Shown here piece by piece: positions 51,110 through 61,794 of a stretch of 64,000 nt of DNA. The DNA lies in contig JANRIL010000022.1 in assembly GCA_033764955.1 (NCBI GenBank), forward strand, positions 8,986-72,985, given 5' to 3'. The notes under the pieces were generated by a model. That model made no database searches. It saw nothing but the letters and a program-made list of their open reading frames with translations, and was not told the DNA's origin. This DNA is from Cyanobacteriota bacterium (lineage in GTDB: Bacteria > Cyanobacteriota > Cyanobacteriia > Thermostichales > Thermostichaceae). The position numbers and the translations under genes are program-made. The first letter of the stretch is position 1; each line of letters opens with the position of its first letter.

Positions 51110-51859
51110 CTAGGAAGAAGGAGCCGCTTCCGTGCGGGGAGCTTTCCGCTGCCACTGGCTGAGCAGAGAGTTCCACCCCAGCCGCATCATCGAGATGAGC
51201 CAGTTCCCTTCGAGTTCTTTGAACATCATCATATTCAGTTCAAAGGCATAGTTAGCTTCTGCCACAATCCGCTCAACCGTGGCTGGATCCACAGGTAGGG
51301 TATCGAGAGCCGCACGATACTGTTTCTTAAAAAGTCCTTCGTGCTTGATCAACTCGAAGTCATAAAAAGCCATGCCCACCCCGTCCGGTAAACCCATAGC
51401 TCGCTTAGCTATTTTTTTGAGGATTTGTCCTCCCGATAGATCGCCGATGTAACGGGTATAGGCATGAGCCACCAGCAGCACCGGATCCTGTTGGGCAATT
51501 TCTTGGATGCGCTTGACATAGAGTTGGCAGGCGGGCGAAGGGTGGACGGTAGCCGCCCAGTTGCTTCCACAAAAATAGGTGAGATCCTCTTCTAGGCTGG
51601 GTTTGCGCCACAACTCAGGGTAATAGAGCTTGCCCACAACCGGGTGATCCTGAAGCTGTGTAAAAGCTTCTTCTAAAGCGGAGTAGACAAAGTAAAAGTT
51701 ACCCACATATCGGCTGTAGGATTTTTTCCCCACTACCCCTTTCAAAAAGCACTTGATGAAACCGACATTTTCGGCCATCGTGTGGGATTTTTGCGTCCCC
51801 AGCTTGAGTTGCAGGGCTAGCCCTTGATGGGCGGTTTGGGTTTCGGTGTCCTTGCTCAT
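51110..51859 (-). CDS. ho1: Heme oxygenase (biliverdin-producing), HO1-like
   Basis: GTQKSHTMAENVGF, HAYTRYIGDLSGGQIL, EANYAFELNM; paralog identity uncertain. Confidence 0.88.
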   Translation of the reverse strand: MSKDTETQTAHQGLALQLKLGTQKSHTMAENVGFIKCFLKGVVGKKSYSRYVGNFYFVYSALEEAFTQLQDHPVVGKLYYPELWRKPSLEEDLTYFCGSNWAATVHPSPACQLYVKRIQEIAQQDPVLLVAHAYTRYIGDLSGGQILKKIAKRAMGLPDGVGMAFYDFELIKHEGLFKKQYRAALDTLPVDPATVERIVAEANYAFELNMMMFKELEGNWLISMMRLGWNSLLSQWQRKAPRTEAAPSS

Positions 51860-52162
51860 GGTAAAAATGCTCGTTAGTAATGCAAAAACAGGATTGTTAA
51901 AGGCGGGTGCATTCTGCCCAGAGGGGAACTCAACCCTGTCTCAGGATGAGCAGGGATCCCTCTCATGCTTGCTAACTCCAATCCTTAGAGTAATCTCCTC
52001 CTGTTGTGAATGGATGTTAACAATCGTGAACTGCCTGCGGGCATCTTTTGGTTCGAGGTCTTTAGGGGAGGCAAGCCGGATCCAGTTCAGCCCAGGGATT
52101 CTGTGGGTTGACTCCAGCGGCTGTGCATCGGAGCGCAGATGAGAAAACCAGGCAGAAACGAT

Positions 52163-53638
52163 CTATTTGTGACGAATCAACTCATAGATCTCTAAGTAAT
52201 CTTTGCCCGGATGATTCCAGGAGTAGTCGTATTGCATACCCTGCCCAACCAGTTGGACAAACTCCGTCGGATAGTCTTTCCACAATCCGATGGCTCGATC
52301 CAAAGCGGATTCAATGGCATAAAAATCACTCTGGTAAAAGACATAGCCATTGCGTTGTTCGGGAGGATAATTTTGGTCATAGTCTCGATCAAAAACGGTG
52401 TTGACTAACCCCCCCACACCCCGCACGATCGGCACCGTACCATAGCGCAATCCAATCATCTGGGTTAGCCCACAGGGTTCATAGTTGCTGGGAACAATAA
52501 TCATATCAGCCCCCGCATAAATAAGATGGGAAAGCTCCTCATTAAAGCCCAATTCCAGATGGCAGTCAGGGTGATTGTTCAAGTGGCGTTTTTCATGCCA
52601 AAAATGAGCATTAATTCCCGGTTCAGTGGCGGATCCCAACAATACAAATTGACATCCCTTATCCAGTGCGTAGTAAATGGCATGATGCACTAAATGCACA
52701 CCCTTCTGGTCATCCAATCGACCGATATAAGCAATAATTGGCTTGTCAACATCTTGCAGGAGGAGATGATCGCGCAAGGCTTTTTTGTTCTTAGTTTTGC
52801 CACTGAGATCGTCATGGTTGAAATGATAGGGAATATAGCGATCACTCTCTGGATTCCAGATATCGTAGTCAATCCCATTGAGGATGCCTGCAAATTTGTG
52901 CTGATAGAGATAGAGAGTATGTCCTAAACCACACCCAATGTTAGTGTAGCGGGCTTCTTCGGCGTGATGAGGAGAAACCGTCGTGACGTAGTTGGAAAAG
53001 ACAATTCCTCCCTTCATGAAGTTTAAGGCAAAAGGGTTAAAGTTATCTCGCATTTGGGAATATCCAAAATAGTAAGACTCACGGTTTAATCCGGTAGCCC
53101 ATAAAATTTGGGATCCCCCCATACCCTGGTGCTTAAAGTTATGGATGGTATAGCAAACCCGCTGGTTACCCATGCCATGATATTTATAAATTTCAAACAG
53201 CATGACGGGCACCAACCCAGTTTGCCAATCGTGGCAGTGCAAAATATCGGGGCGTTTGTTGCTAACCAACAGAAACTCTAAAGCCGCCTTGCTAAAAAAG
53301 GCAAAGCGCATGTTGTCATCGTGGCAACCGTAATAACACCCTCGATTAAAAAAGTTATCCGCTGAATGGGGTTCGATGAAAAAGCACAGCCGCCCATGCA
53401 CCCAGCCACAATAGACCGAGCAGTGAATCGCGCCTCCATACCAGGGAACCCACAAATCACGGTAGGCATCGTGTAACCCCCAGATGTGGTCGTAGCGCAT
53501 ACAGTCGTATTTGGGGAGGATTAACTCCACCGTGTGACCGCGAGTTTCCAGTTCCCGACTTAACCCATAGACTACATCTCCCAGTCCACCCGCTTTGATG
53601 ACTGGGGCACATTCAGAGGCTATCTGGACAATATACAT
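52163..53638 (-). CDS. glgA: Glycogen synthase
   Basis: ECAPVIKAGGLGDV, HCHDWQT, RLDDQKG, PSNYEPCGLTQ. Confidence 0.96.
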   Translation of the reverse strand: MYIVQIASECAPVIKAGGLGDVVYGLSRELETRGHTVELILPKYDCMRYDHIWGLHDAYRDLWVPWYGGAIHCSVYCGWVHGRLCFFIEPHSADNFFNRGCYYGCHDDNMRFAFFSKAALEFLLVSNKRPDILHCHDWQTGLVPVMLFEIYKYHGMGNQRVCYTIHNFKHQGMGGSQILWATGLNRESYYFGYSQMRDNFNPFALNFMKGGIVFSNYVTTVSPHHAEEARYTNIGCGLGHTLYLYQHKFAGILNGIDYDIWNPESDRYIPYHFNHDDLSGKTKNKKALRDHLLLQDVDKPIIAYIGRLDDQKGVHLVHHAIYYALDKGCQFVLLGSATEPGINAHFWHEKRHLNNHPDCHLELGFNEELSHLIYAGADMIIVPSNYEPCGLTQMIGLRYGTVPIVRGVGGLVNTVFDRDYDQNYPPEQRNGYVFYQSDFYAIESALDRAIGLWKDYPTEFVQLVGQGMQYDYSWNHPGKDYLEIYELIRHK

Positions 53639-53786
53639 GCTGGCTCCTCGCCAAACTCCACTCTGGCGATACAAATCTTTAACAAAAGTATAAATCTTTT
53701 GCTCCAGTCATCCTACTTACCGGGATCCCATGATGGAGATCCTCCCGCCAGCAGAGGATCGATCCCCTTGCCCGACATCTCCAACC

Positions 53787-55283
53787 TTAGCTGAGGCAGG
53801 CCATTCCCCGCTCATAGATACGCCGCGCATAGTCCGTCCAGACCCCCTGCCCCCAATAGCGAAAACAACTGGTTTGCAGCAGCAGATTGGTGAGAAGGGC
53901 GGTTTGATAGACAGGCTGACGGGTAATGGTGGGATCCTCCGCCACCTGAGCGTCAAAGCGTTCGTGAAAGGCCGCACTCAGATGTTGCATAGGCTGCAAA
54001 ACATTTTCATACCCCTTCACCCAACTCAGGTGGTTTGTCCAGGAGGCTCCCTCCATGTGAAAGTGGGGATCGGTTTCTTGAAGATGGCGGATGGCGGCTT
54101 CTACCTGCTCAGGGGAAGTGGAATGGGGATCCACCTGCTGCCAGATCAGGTGCTGATTAATGGCTTGACAAGGGGGATAGTCATGGGAATGGATCCCTTC
54201 TGCCTCCAGTAATTCCAGGTATTCTGTCCCGTTTATACCCACCACCGAAGGATGGACTTGATCCCGCAGTTCGTACCACACTCGCGGAAAGTCACGGGGA
54301 AACTCATTCATCATTACGCCACCGTTTTCGCCATCGGCAATTTGCGTGACCAAGCTGGGGATCGAGTGGGATCCCAGCGGTTGCCGTCCCCGACTTTTGG
54401 CTTCGTAATAGGGCTGCATCTGAGCCACCAGCTTGGTGTCGGATCCCTGGGTTTTGATCAGGGCGGTGATGCTGAGGGTTTGTCCCTGCGAGTTGCGGGC
54501 GATCAAGCGATTGGGAACATATTTTTGCGCCTGGGTTAGGCCAGAGCCGTCCAGATTCTCAACGGTATGTTCCTGCACCATCAGCCAGCGATACCCACAC
54601 TCCAGCAAGGCTTTTACATACTCATAAAGAGTATCGGGATGATTGGGGAGGTGCATTTCGGGAGGAGAGAATCCTTTGACGCGGCGCAGTGCTGCCTCTC
54701 CAAAGATGGCAGCAAATTGGTGTTGCCATGCCTGCATGTGCAGTTTCAAATCGGGAATTGGGGTTGAGGGAACCACCGCATGACTCCAAAGGGTACCCAA
54801 CCATTCCACATGGGGCTGATAGGTGGCTTCGCAGGCAAGGGGAATCAGGGCATCCAAGATATCTTGCCGACCCATTTGTTGCAAGCCCCACAACAAATTC
54901 CCGGAATAATCCAACATGATGCGGGGGTTGCATCCCTCCGCCCGTAGTTGGGGGATAATCTGTCCCATCCGCCCATAACACCAGGCAAAGGCGGCAGCAT
55001 TGTGATTGTCCCCTTCCTGAGGATGTTCAAACATATATTGCAAGTTGCTGATCAGTTGCCCCTGGGATCCCGCCGGGATGGTGGGCTGGTGCATGTGCAG
55101 GGCACAGGCAAATCCCGCTTGCAGATGGGTGAGGCGCAGATTGCTATGGGGCAAAAAGATGGGATCCGCATGTTGGGTAATGGACTCAATCGAGGATCCC
55201 CAGTCCCCCACGATCGGCGGCAACGTTTCCCCTCCTAAAACGGCTGCTAGCTGACGGGGCTGGGTGGGTGGAGAAACAGACAT
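53787..55283 (-). CDS. Glycoside hydrolase family 57-like protein
   Basis: LHMHQP, GFSPPEMHLP, DGENGGVMMNEF, TSCFRYWG; upstream of glgA. Confidence 0.85.
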   Translation of the reverse strand: MSVSPPTQPRQLAAVLGGETLPPIVGDWGSSIESITQHADPIFLPHSNLRLTHLQAGFACALHMHQPTIPAGSQGQLISNLQYMFEHPQEGDNHNAAAFAWCYGRMGQIIPQLRAEGCNPRIMLDYSGNLLWGLQQMGRQDILDALIPLACEATYQPHVEWLGTLWSHAVVPSTPIPDLKLHMQAWQHQFAAIFGEAALRRVKGFSPPEMHLPNHPDTLYEYVKALLECGYRWLMVQEHTVENLDGSGLTQAQKYVPNRLIARNSQGQTLSITALIKTQGSDTKLVAQMQPYYEAKSRGRQPLGSHSIPSLVTQIADGENGGVMMNEFPRDFPRVWYELRDQVHPSVVGINGTEYLELLEAEGIHSHDYPPCQAINQHLIWQQVDPHSTSPEQVEAAIRHLQETDPHFHMEGASWTNHLSWVKGYENVLQPMQHLSAAFHERFDAQVAEDPTITRQPVYQTALLTNLLLQTSCFRYWGQGVWTDYARRIYERGMACLS

Positions 55284-55335
55284 ACTTGTAACCTATGAAC
55301 AGAACTGTTTTTTTTATACGGATGATTGGGGCTGG

Positions 55336-56400
55336 CTATTGAGCTTGCCGCTCAGAAGAGGAAGGGAGTTCTCCCTCAAAACAAATGCGATTGCGTCCCC
55401 CCCGCTTAGCCTGATAGAGCATTGCATCAGCTTGCTGCAAAAACTCCCCCACAGATAGGAGATGGTTCTGATCCACAACTGCTAATCCTCCACTCAATGT
55501 GACCGTAAAAGGCTCAGGAAAACCAAGGAACTCATGGGACTCACACGCTTGCCGAAGAACTTCGCCAATATGCCGGGATCCCTCTTGATCGGTGTCGGTC
55601 AGGATCACAACAAACTCTTCTCCCCCATAGCGACAGGCGACATCCACCCCCCGCCGCAAACGACTTTGAAAAATCTGGGCTAGTTCTCGCAACACGCTAT
55701 CCCCCTGTGGATGTCCGTAGGTGTCATTGATCTTTTTGAAATAATCAATATCGGTAATTAAAAGCGCCAGATGACCTCCTTTGCGCTCAATCCGGCGAAT
55801 TTCCTCCTGGAGGCGAATTTCTAGATAACGGCGGGAATAAAGTCCGGTGAGGGCATCGAGGGTGGCTAATTTGAAAAGGCGGCTATTTTCCAGAGAGACA
55901 GCCATCAGGGTTGCCAGCAGATTGAGCACCAACATTTTCTGCCCGGCCAGATCGATGGGTTGGGTCAACGCCAATAACAATACCCCAATCACCTGCTTAT
56001 AGTTATCCAAAAGGGGTAGACAGAGACAAAAGGGATCCGGCTGGGCTGTATTTTCTACCTCGGCTTGGGGGTGCATCACACCTCCCACCTCCTGCCAACC
56101 CGCGATCCTAGCCTGGCGAGACTCCAGCAGAGCGCGCAGCGGGCTATTGTGTAGGTCAATGTTGATACCGCGATTTTCCAGCTCGCCATCAATCCACTCT
56201 CCAGCAATAGTGGCCTGCTCCCCCTGCTCATCAAATTGCCAGAGCGCCACTCGCTGACTTTGTCCAAAGTCCACCATCGTATCAAGAATCAGCTTGACCA
56301 AATCCTGAGAATCAAGGGCTGAAGCAATCATGCGCGTAGCATAGTTGAGGGCATAGAGAGTTACCTCAACATCAAGCTCCTGCGCTAAAGGAAAGGGCAT
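55336..56400 (-). CDS. GAF-GGDEF diguanylate cyclase
   Basis: N-terminal GAF-like region; DALTGL, DIDYFKKINDTYGH, RYGGEEF, AKRGGRN. Confidence 0.93.
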   Translation of the reverse strand: MPFPLAQELDVEVTLYALNYATRMIASALDSQDLVKLILDTMVDFGQSQRVALWQFDEQGEQATIAGEWIDGELENRGINIDLHNSPLRALLESRQARIAGWQEVGGVMHPQAEVENTAQPDPFCLCLPLLDNYKQVIGVLLLALTQPIDLAGQKMLVLNLLATLMAVSLENSRLFKLATLDALTGLYSRRYLEIRLQEEIRRIERKGGHLALLITDIDYFKKINDTYGHPQGDSVLRELAQIFQSRLRRGVDVACRYGGEEFVVILTDTDQEGSRHIGEVLRQACESHEFLGFPEPFTVTLSGGLAVVDQNHLLSVGEFLQQADAMLYQAKRGGRNRICFEGELPSSSERQAQ

Positions 56401-56606
56401 CGGTCAATCCTCAAAGGCGATCCAAGGGTTATCAGGGAACTGTTACCGTCTTATCATCTCCGCTTCAGGTTAGGGCTGATATGGTAAACCCTAAGGATCC
56501 CCTCTGGGCTTCTGGTTTGACCCTATCCGTTGGGATCCGTATGGACAGCCTTTTTGCCGCTGCTTTTGCCTACGAATTATCCATTATTGTTCTAGGAGTT
56601 TTGTTT

Positions 56607-57377
56607 ATGGATCCCATGACGCAGGCATCCTCCCCCCCCAAATCGAAATCCTGGGTGCAGATTGGCATTGGGTTAGCCGTAGCAGTGTTGTTCATTGTAG
56701 TGGCTAAACAGTATGGCATTTTGGATGCCATTCAAGAATTTCTGAAAAATGCACTGGCATGGGTTGAGGATTTAGGGCCACTGGCACCCATCATCTTTAT
56801 GGTGATCTATGTATTGGCAACCGTTTTATTTATTCCAGCCTCAGTGCTGACTTTAGGGGCAGGTAGTGTTTTTGGGGTTTTGTTAGGTGCTTTTTATGTG
56901 GTGATTGCCGCCACGATTGGAGCCAATTTAGCTTTCCTGATTGGGCGTTATGTGGCTAGAGAGCGGGTTGCCAAAATGATTGAGGGTAATCGCAAGTTTC
57001 AAGCTATCGATCAAGCCGTCGGTCGAGAAGGATGGAAAATCATTGGCTTGATTCGCCTTTCTCCGGCTTTTCCTTTTAATGTACTAAATTATGCCCTAGG
57101 AGTTACAAAAGTTTCTTTTGTCGATAATTTAATTGGAACCTTTGGCATCATTCCTGGCACATTTATGTATGTCTATATTGGATCCCTATTGGGAGATGTT
57201 GCCGTGGGATCCGCCACTCCTCCCGTCAATCCACAGGCAGAAACCCTCACTCAAATTGTCAAAATTGTTGGTTTGCTTATTACCGTGGGGGTGACCGTTT
57301 ATGTGACCCGCGTTGCTCAGAAAGCCCTCAAGCAGTCAGTAGGAGAGGCGGATCCGGCATTGTCTACCGAGCCTTAG
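56607..57377 (+). CDS. TVP38/TMEM64 (DedA/VTT) membrane protein
   Basis: LFIPASVLTLGAG, AFLIGRY, RLSPAFPFNVLNY, PGT; AGGAG SD before 56607. Confidence 0.9.
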   Translation: MDPMTQASSPPKSKSWVQIGIGLAVAVLFIVVAKQYGILDAIQEFLKNALAWVEDLGPLAPIIFMVIYVLATVLFIPASVLTLGAGSVFGVLLGAFYVVIAATIGANLAFLIGRYVARERVAKMIEGNRKFQAIDQAVGREGWKIIGLIRLSPAFPFNVLNYALGVTKVSFVDNLIGTFGIIPGTFMYVYIGSLLGDVAVGSATPPVNPQAETLTQIVKIVGLLITVGVTVYVTRVAQKALKQSVGEADPALSTEP

Positions 57378-57432
57378 CAGACTTTTAATCTGAATCCTAA
57401 ATTCTAGAAGCACATGATTATGGTTAAGTTAA

Positions 57433-57711
57433 TTAGGGGTCAAGCACGAGCAACAGAAAACTCACACCTAAAGAAACAATAACAAACATACCGTAACTAA
57501 CTAAGCGTAGCGTAGTCAGTTGTAGTTGATGTAGAGATTTTAGCCAGTTAAATCCCAGTAATTCAACAAATCGATCCAACGCCATTCGCATCGGATAGGC
57601 ATAAAGGGATTTATTTTCTTGGAGCAAAACCAGCACAATTAAAAGTGTTGAATATCCCCATAAGCTTCCCCAGAGGATAGCGGCTATAGCTAATAAACTT
57701 TCCTCGATCAT
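57433..57711 (-). CDS. Small hypothetical membrane protein
   Basis: 92 aa with two hydrophobic segments; AT-rich; no family recognised. Confidence 0.6.
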   Translation of the reverse strand: MIEESLLAIAAILWGSLWGYSTLLIVLVLLQENKSLYAYPMRMALDRFVELLGFNWLKSLHQLQLTTLRLVSYGMFVIVSLGVSFLLLVLDP

Positions 57712-57868
57712 ACATCACTATTTTGTATAGGGCTGGTATCGATATGGATTGGGTTGCACTTATTGACTAACACATGTTGAGCAAGATAGCCCCTTTAGTT
57801 TGAGTGGACTATAGGTTCACCAATAACCTCCTGGTGAGAGCGGCTCCAATCAACCGCCATCCACAACA

Positions 57869-60598
57869 CTATTCGGGTGAGATGGCAGCCGGATCAAGGG
57901 TGTCAACGCCTGGTTTGAGTCCTTGTTGTAAAATCTGTTCCGCCGTGTTGAGGGCTTGAAATTGAATTAACCGTGCCACAATACCTGTCCATCCGGTTTG
58001 GTGGCTAGCCCCAATACCGGCTCCGTTATCTCCGTGAAAATATTCATAGAATAAGAGGAGGTCTTGCCAATGAGGATCGGTCTGCAATTTCTCGCTACTG
58101 CCAAACACTGGACGGCGCCCTTGTTCATCCCGCAGAAAAATAGCAATATGCCGCTGACATAATTCCATCGCTACTTGCCAAAGGTTCATTTTATTCCCAG
58201 ATCCGGTTGGGCACTCGATAAGAAAGGTATCTCCATAGTAGGAATAAAATTTGACCAGAGCTTGAATGATCAGGCTATTGATCGGGAACCAAATCGGACC
58301 TCGCCAGTTGGAGTTTCCCCCAAATAATCCTGTAGAGGATTCGGCGGGTTCATAGGTTACTCGATAGGTGTCATTTCCTACTCCAAAGGTATAAGGATGC
58401 TCCAGATGATAGCGAGATAAGGCACGGATCCCATAGTCACTTAAAAAGCGATCTTCGTCCAAAAGACGTTCTAAAATTCGCCGCAATTTATTTTCTGGTA
58501 ACACGGCAAATAAGCGCCGTTGCTTTATACCCGTCGCTTCGGGGTTATGAATGTTCACTAGGAATTCAGGATGACGGTGATGAAAGCGTTTGATAGAAGC
58601 ATGAAATGTAGGAAGTTTTTCTAAGGTTTCGGGTTCCACTATCAAGGTTGCCAAAAGAGGCAATAAACCCACCAAGGATCTAACCTTCAAACGGAGAGCT
58701 TCTCCTCCCGGCAACCGCAACAAATCATAGAAAAACCCGTCTTCTTCATCCCACAACTCATCTGCCCGCAAACCAATTTGATCCATAGCTGAGGCAATAC
58801 GAATAAAATGCTCATAAAATTTACAGGCTAAATCTTCATAAACGGGGTTCTCTACGGCTAGTTCTAGGGCGATGGTCAACATATCTAGGCTATACATCGC
58901 CATCCAAGCGGTACCATCCGCCTGCTCTAAACTTCCGCCTGTGGGTAACGGAGAGCTGCGATCAAAAACACCAATATTATCTAGTCCTAAGAAGCCTCCC
59001 TCAAAAACATTGTTCCCCATAGTGTCTTTGCGATTGACCCACCAGGTAAAATTAAGCAACAGCTTATGAAACATTTTTTCTAGAAAAATGCGATCTCCCT
59101 GACCAGTTTTTTCCTTTTCTACAAAATAAACCCGCCATGTCATTGATGCGTGAACGGGAGGATTGACATCGCTGAAATTCCATTCATAGGCCGGTAATTG
59201 TCCGTTGGGATGAAGATATTCGGGACGAGTCAGAAGCAATAATTGTTCTTTGGCAAATTCGGGATCCACCATCACTAACACAGCAGTATGAAACGCTAGA
59301 TCCCAGGCTGCAAACCAGGGATATTCCCATTTGTCAGGCATAGAAATGATGTCGGCAGCCTCAATATGAAACCAGCTTAAGTTTCGTTGAACCTGGCGTT
59401 TCGGCACATGCATCGGCGGATAATAGGGATCCCCACTCAACCAGTTTTTTACCGAATAGAAATAGAACTGTTTTGTCCAGAGCATTCCCGCCAGAGCTTG
59501 CCGCATTACCCGTTGCTCATCCTCTGAAATATGACCAGGAATAATCTCCTGATAAAATTGATTAGCTTCCTGTTGACGTTGCTCCAAAACACTTGCAAAA
59601 CTAGCCCCAAAGGGATCCGTTAAGGATTCCGCAGAAAGGCGCAGACGGATGGTTCGTTGGGAGTGAGCTGCCACGGTTACGGTGTAGTGGACGCTCGCTT
59701 TTGTGCCCTGTTGCTGGGGATTAATTGCTTCAGTTTGTCCATCAATTAAATACTGATGAATGCTATCTTTAACATAGGGAATGGGATTGGGCAGAGCAAA
59801 AATTCGTTCCTGATTTGTTTCATTCTCCGTAAATAAAAGGGGGACTTCCTGCCCATCTAGGGTATCGCTATAGAGGGAATAGGAGCCTAATAGAGGGTGA
59901 TTGGCCTGGATGATTGAGCCAACGCCGGGATCTCCTTTGTGCAAATGGGGCTTGAGCTGATTTCCCCCCCATGACCAGGTATTGCGAAACCAAAGGGTGG
60001 GCAAAAGATGCAACGTTGCCTCTACATCTCCTCGATTGCACACCTGAATTTGAATGACAATATCTTCAGGGCTAGCTTTGGCATATTCCAGAAAAACATC
60101 CCAATAACGATCATCATCAAACACTCCCGTATCCATCAATTCATATTCCTGTTCAAAGCGGCTACGACGGTAGTTATGGCTGACCAATTCAACATAGGGA
60201 AAAGTGACTTGGGGATATTTATAGAGATACTTGAGATAGGAATGGGTCGGGGTACTATCTAGGTAATAATAGTATTCTTTACAGTCTTCGCCGTGGTTTC
60301 CTTCACTGTTGGTTAAGCCAAAGAGCCGCTCTTTGAGAATTGGATCCACACCATTCCAAAGGGCTAGAGCAAAACAGAGCCGTTGTTGATCATCACAAAT
60401 TCCCCCCAGCCCATCTTCTCCCCAACGGTAGGCTCTTGAACGGGCTTGATCATGATTAAAATAATCCCAAGCATCGGCCATCTCGCTATAGTCTTCCCGC
60501 ACCGTTCCCCATTGCCGCTCACTTAAATAAGGCCCCCATTTTTTCCAATGAACGCCATTGGCTGTGCTGTCCTGCAAACGCTGAGCTTCGGGATTCAT
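57869..60598 (-). CDS. GH63-like (MGH1-like) glucosidase
   Basis: WGPYLSERQWGTVREDYS, MPDKWEYPWFAAWDLAFH, GLDNI, NWRGPIW, EYFHGDNGAGIGASHQTGWT. Confidence 0.9.
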   Translation of the reverse strand: MNPEAQRLQDSTANGVHWKKWGPYLSERQWGTVREDYSEMADAWDYFNHDQARSRAYRWGEDGLGGICDDQQRLCFALALWNGVDPILKERLFGLTNSEGNHGEDCKEYYYYLDSTPTHSYLKYLYKYPQVTFPYVELVSHNYRRSRFEQEYELMDTGVFDDDRYWDVFLEYAKASPEDIVIQIQVCNRGDVEATLHLLPTLWFRNTWSWGGNQLKPHLHKGDPGVGSIIQANHPLLGSYSLYSDTLDGQEVPLLFTENETNQERIFALPNPIPYVKDSIHQYLIDGQTEAINPQQQGTKASVHYTVTVAAHSQRTIRLRLSAESLTDPFGASFASVLEQRQQEANQFYQEIIPGHISEDEQRVMRQALAGMLWTKQFYFYSVKNWLSGDPYYPPMHVPKRQVQRNLSWFHIEAADIISMPDKWEYPWFAAWDLAFHTAVLVMVDPEFAKEQLLLLTRPEYLHPNGQLPAYEWNFSDVNPPVHASMTWRVYFVEKEKTGQGDRIFLEKMFHKLLLNFTWWVNRKDTMGNNVFEGGFLGLDNIGVFDRSSPLPTGGSLEQADGTAWMAMYSLDMLTIALELAVENPVYEDLACKFYEHFIRIASAMDQIGLRADELWDEEDGFFYDLLRLPGGEALRLKVRSLVGLLPLLATLIVEPETLEKLPTFHASIKRFHHRHPEFLVNIHNPEATGIKQRRLFAVLPENKLRRILERLLDEDRFLSDYGIRALSRYHLEHPYTFGVGNDTYRVTYEPAESSTGLFGGNSNWRGPIWFPINSLIIQALVKFYSYYGDTFLIECPTGSGNKMNLWQVAMELCQRHIAIFLRDEQGRRPVFGSSEKLQTDPHWQDLLLFYEYFHGDNGAGIGASHQTGWTGIVARLIQFQALNTAEQILQQGLKPGVDTLDPAAISPE

Positions 60599-60815
60599 CG
60601 GGAACACCTGCTATCTTGCCCATACTATATCCAAGTTTGCTCCTGGTTTGCGGCGGTTTTGAAGCTAAAGCAAACTGAGTGACACAGGGATCCTTGGTCT
60701 CTCGCCCAGCGAGATTTGCCCCCCTCTTCAGGGATCGGATCCCCAGGCTGGCGGGGCAAAACGGCAGAGAATCACCGAGAATAAAGAAGATTGGTATCAA
60801 ACCTGAGTTTCTCCT

Positions 60816-61733
60816 GTGACCTCCCCCTCTCCCCTCGGCCAAGCTCAGCCCACTCCTGCCATCGAGCTTCAGCAGGTTTGCAAGCGGTTTGGCTCCCGCT
60901 CCGTTGTCTGTGATCTCTCGCTGCGGATCCCTGCTGGTGAGATGTTTGGGCTATTGGGGCCAAATGGAGCGGGCAAATCCACCACGATTCGCATGTTGAC
61001 CACCCTCACCTCCCCCAGCCAAGGGCAGATCAGGATTCAGGGATTGGATGTCGTGAAACAGTCCTTGCTGGTGCGGCAGGTGATTGGCGTGGTTTTGCAG
61101 CAGGTGACTCTAGACAACGATCTCAGCGTTTGGGAAAACCTGGAGTTTCATGGGCGGATGCACCACATGCCGCGTCCACAACGGCAGGAAGCCATCCAGC
61201 AATGGTTGGATTATGTTCGCCTCAGCGATCGGCAGGAGAGTCGGGTGAAAACCCTCTCCGGGGGGATGAAACGGCGCTTACAAATTGCCCGTGCCCTTTT
61301 GCATCGTCCACAGGTTTTGTTTTTGGATGAACCTACCGTAGGGCTGGATCCGCAGGCGCGCCGTCTCTTGTGGGAGATCATCTCCGATCTCAATCAGCAG
61401 GGCATGACCATCCTATTGACCACCCACTATATGGAAGAAGCCGAAGCCCTCTGCCATCGCTTAGGCATCATGGACGGAGGGCAATTGATCGAACTGGGAT
61501 CCCCAGAGCAGTTGCGGCATAAATTTGGGGAAGCTCTACTGGTCAAACCCTCCCGTGCCTCCCAGAATGGCTCTGAGCCGGCGGATCCAGGCGCTTTAAC
61601 CTATGAATTTTTTGCGGATCTGCGGCAAGCTCAACACTATCTGGAATCCCAGCCGGATAAAACGGGTATGATGGTGCGTCCCTCGAACCTGGAGGATATT
61701 TTTGTCAAGTTGACCGGTCGCCGTCTCGACTAA
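60816..61733 (+). CDS. ABC transporter ATP-binding protein (DrrA/NodI-like)
   Basis: GPNGAGKST, LSGGMKRRL, FLDEPT, TTHYMEEA. Confidence 0.95.
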   Translation: MTSPSPLGQAQPTPAIELQQVCKRFGSRSVVCDLSLRIPAGEMFGLLGPNGAGKSTTIRMLTTLTSPSQGQIRIQGLDVVKQSLLVRQVIGVVLQQVTLDNDLSVWENLEFHGRMHHMPRPQRQEAIQQWLDYVRLSDRQESRVKTLSGGMKRRLQIARALLHRPQVLFLDEPTVGLDPQARRLLWEIISDLNQQGMTILLTTHYMEEAEALCHRLGIMDGGQLIELGSPEQLRHKFGEALLVKPSRASQNGSEPADPGALTYEFFADLRQAQHYLESQPDKTGMMVRPSNLEDIFVKLTGRRLD

Positions 61734-61794
61734 CGGGTTTCTCCCGCAGAGGGATTCTGTGTCAGGATAGGCTGGGTCAAATCGGGAGTAAGAC

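Noticed and set aside
46592..61733. ABC permease (46592) and ABC ATPase (60816) as one transporter
   Set aside because: They are 13 kb apart; scattered ABC genes are normal in cyanobacteria and pairing cannot be shown from sequence.
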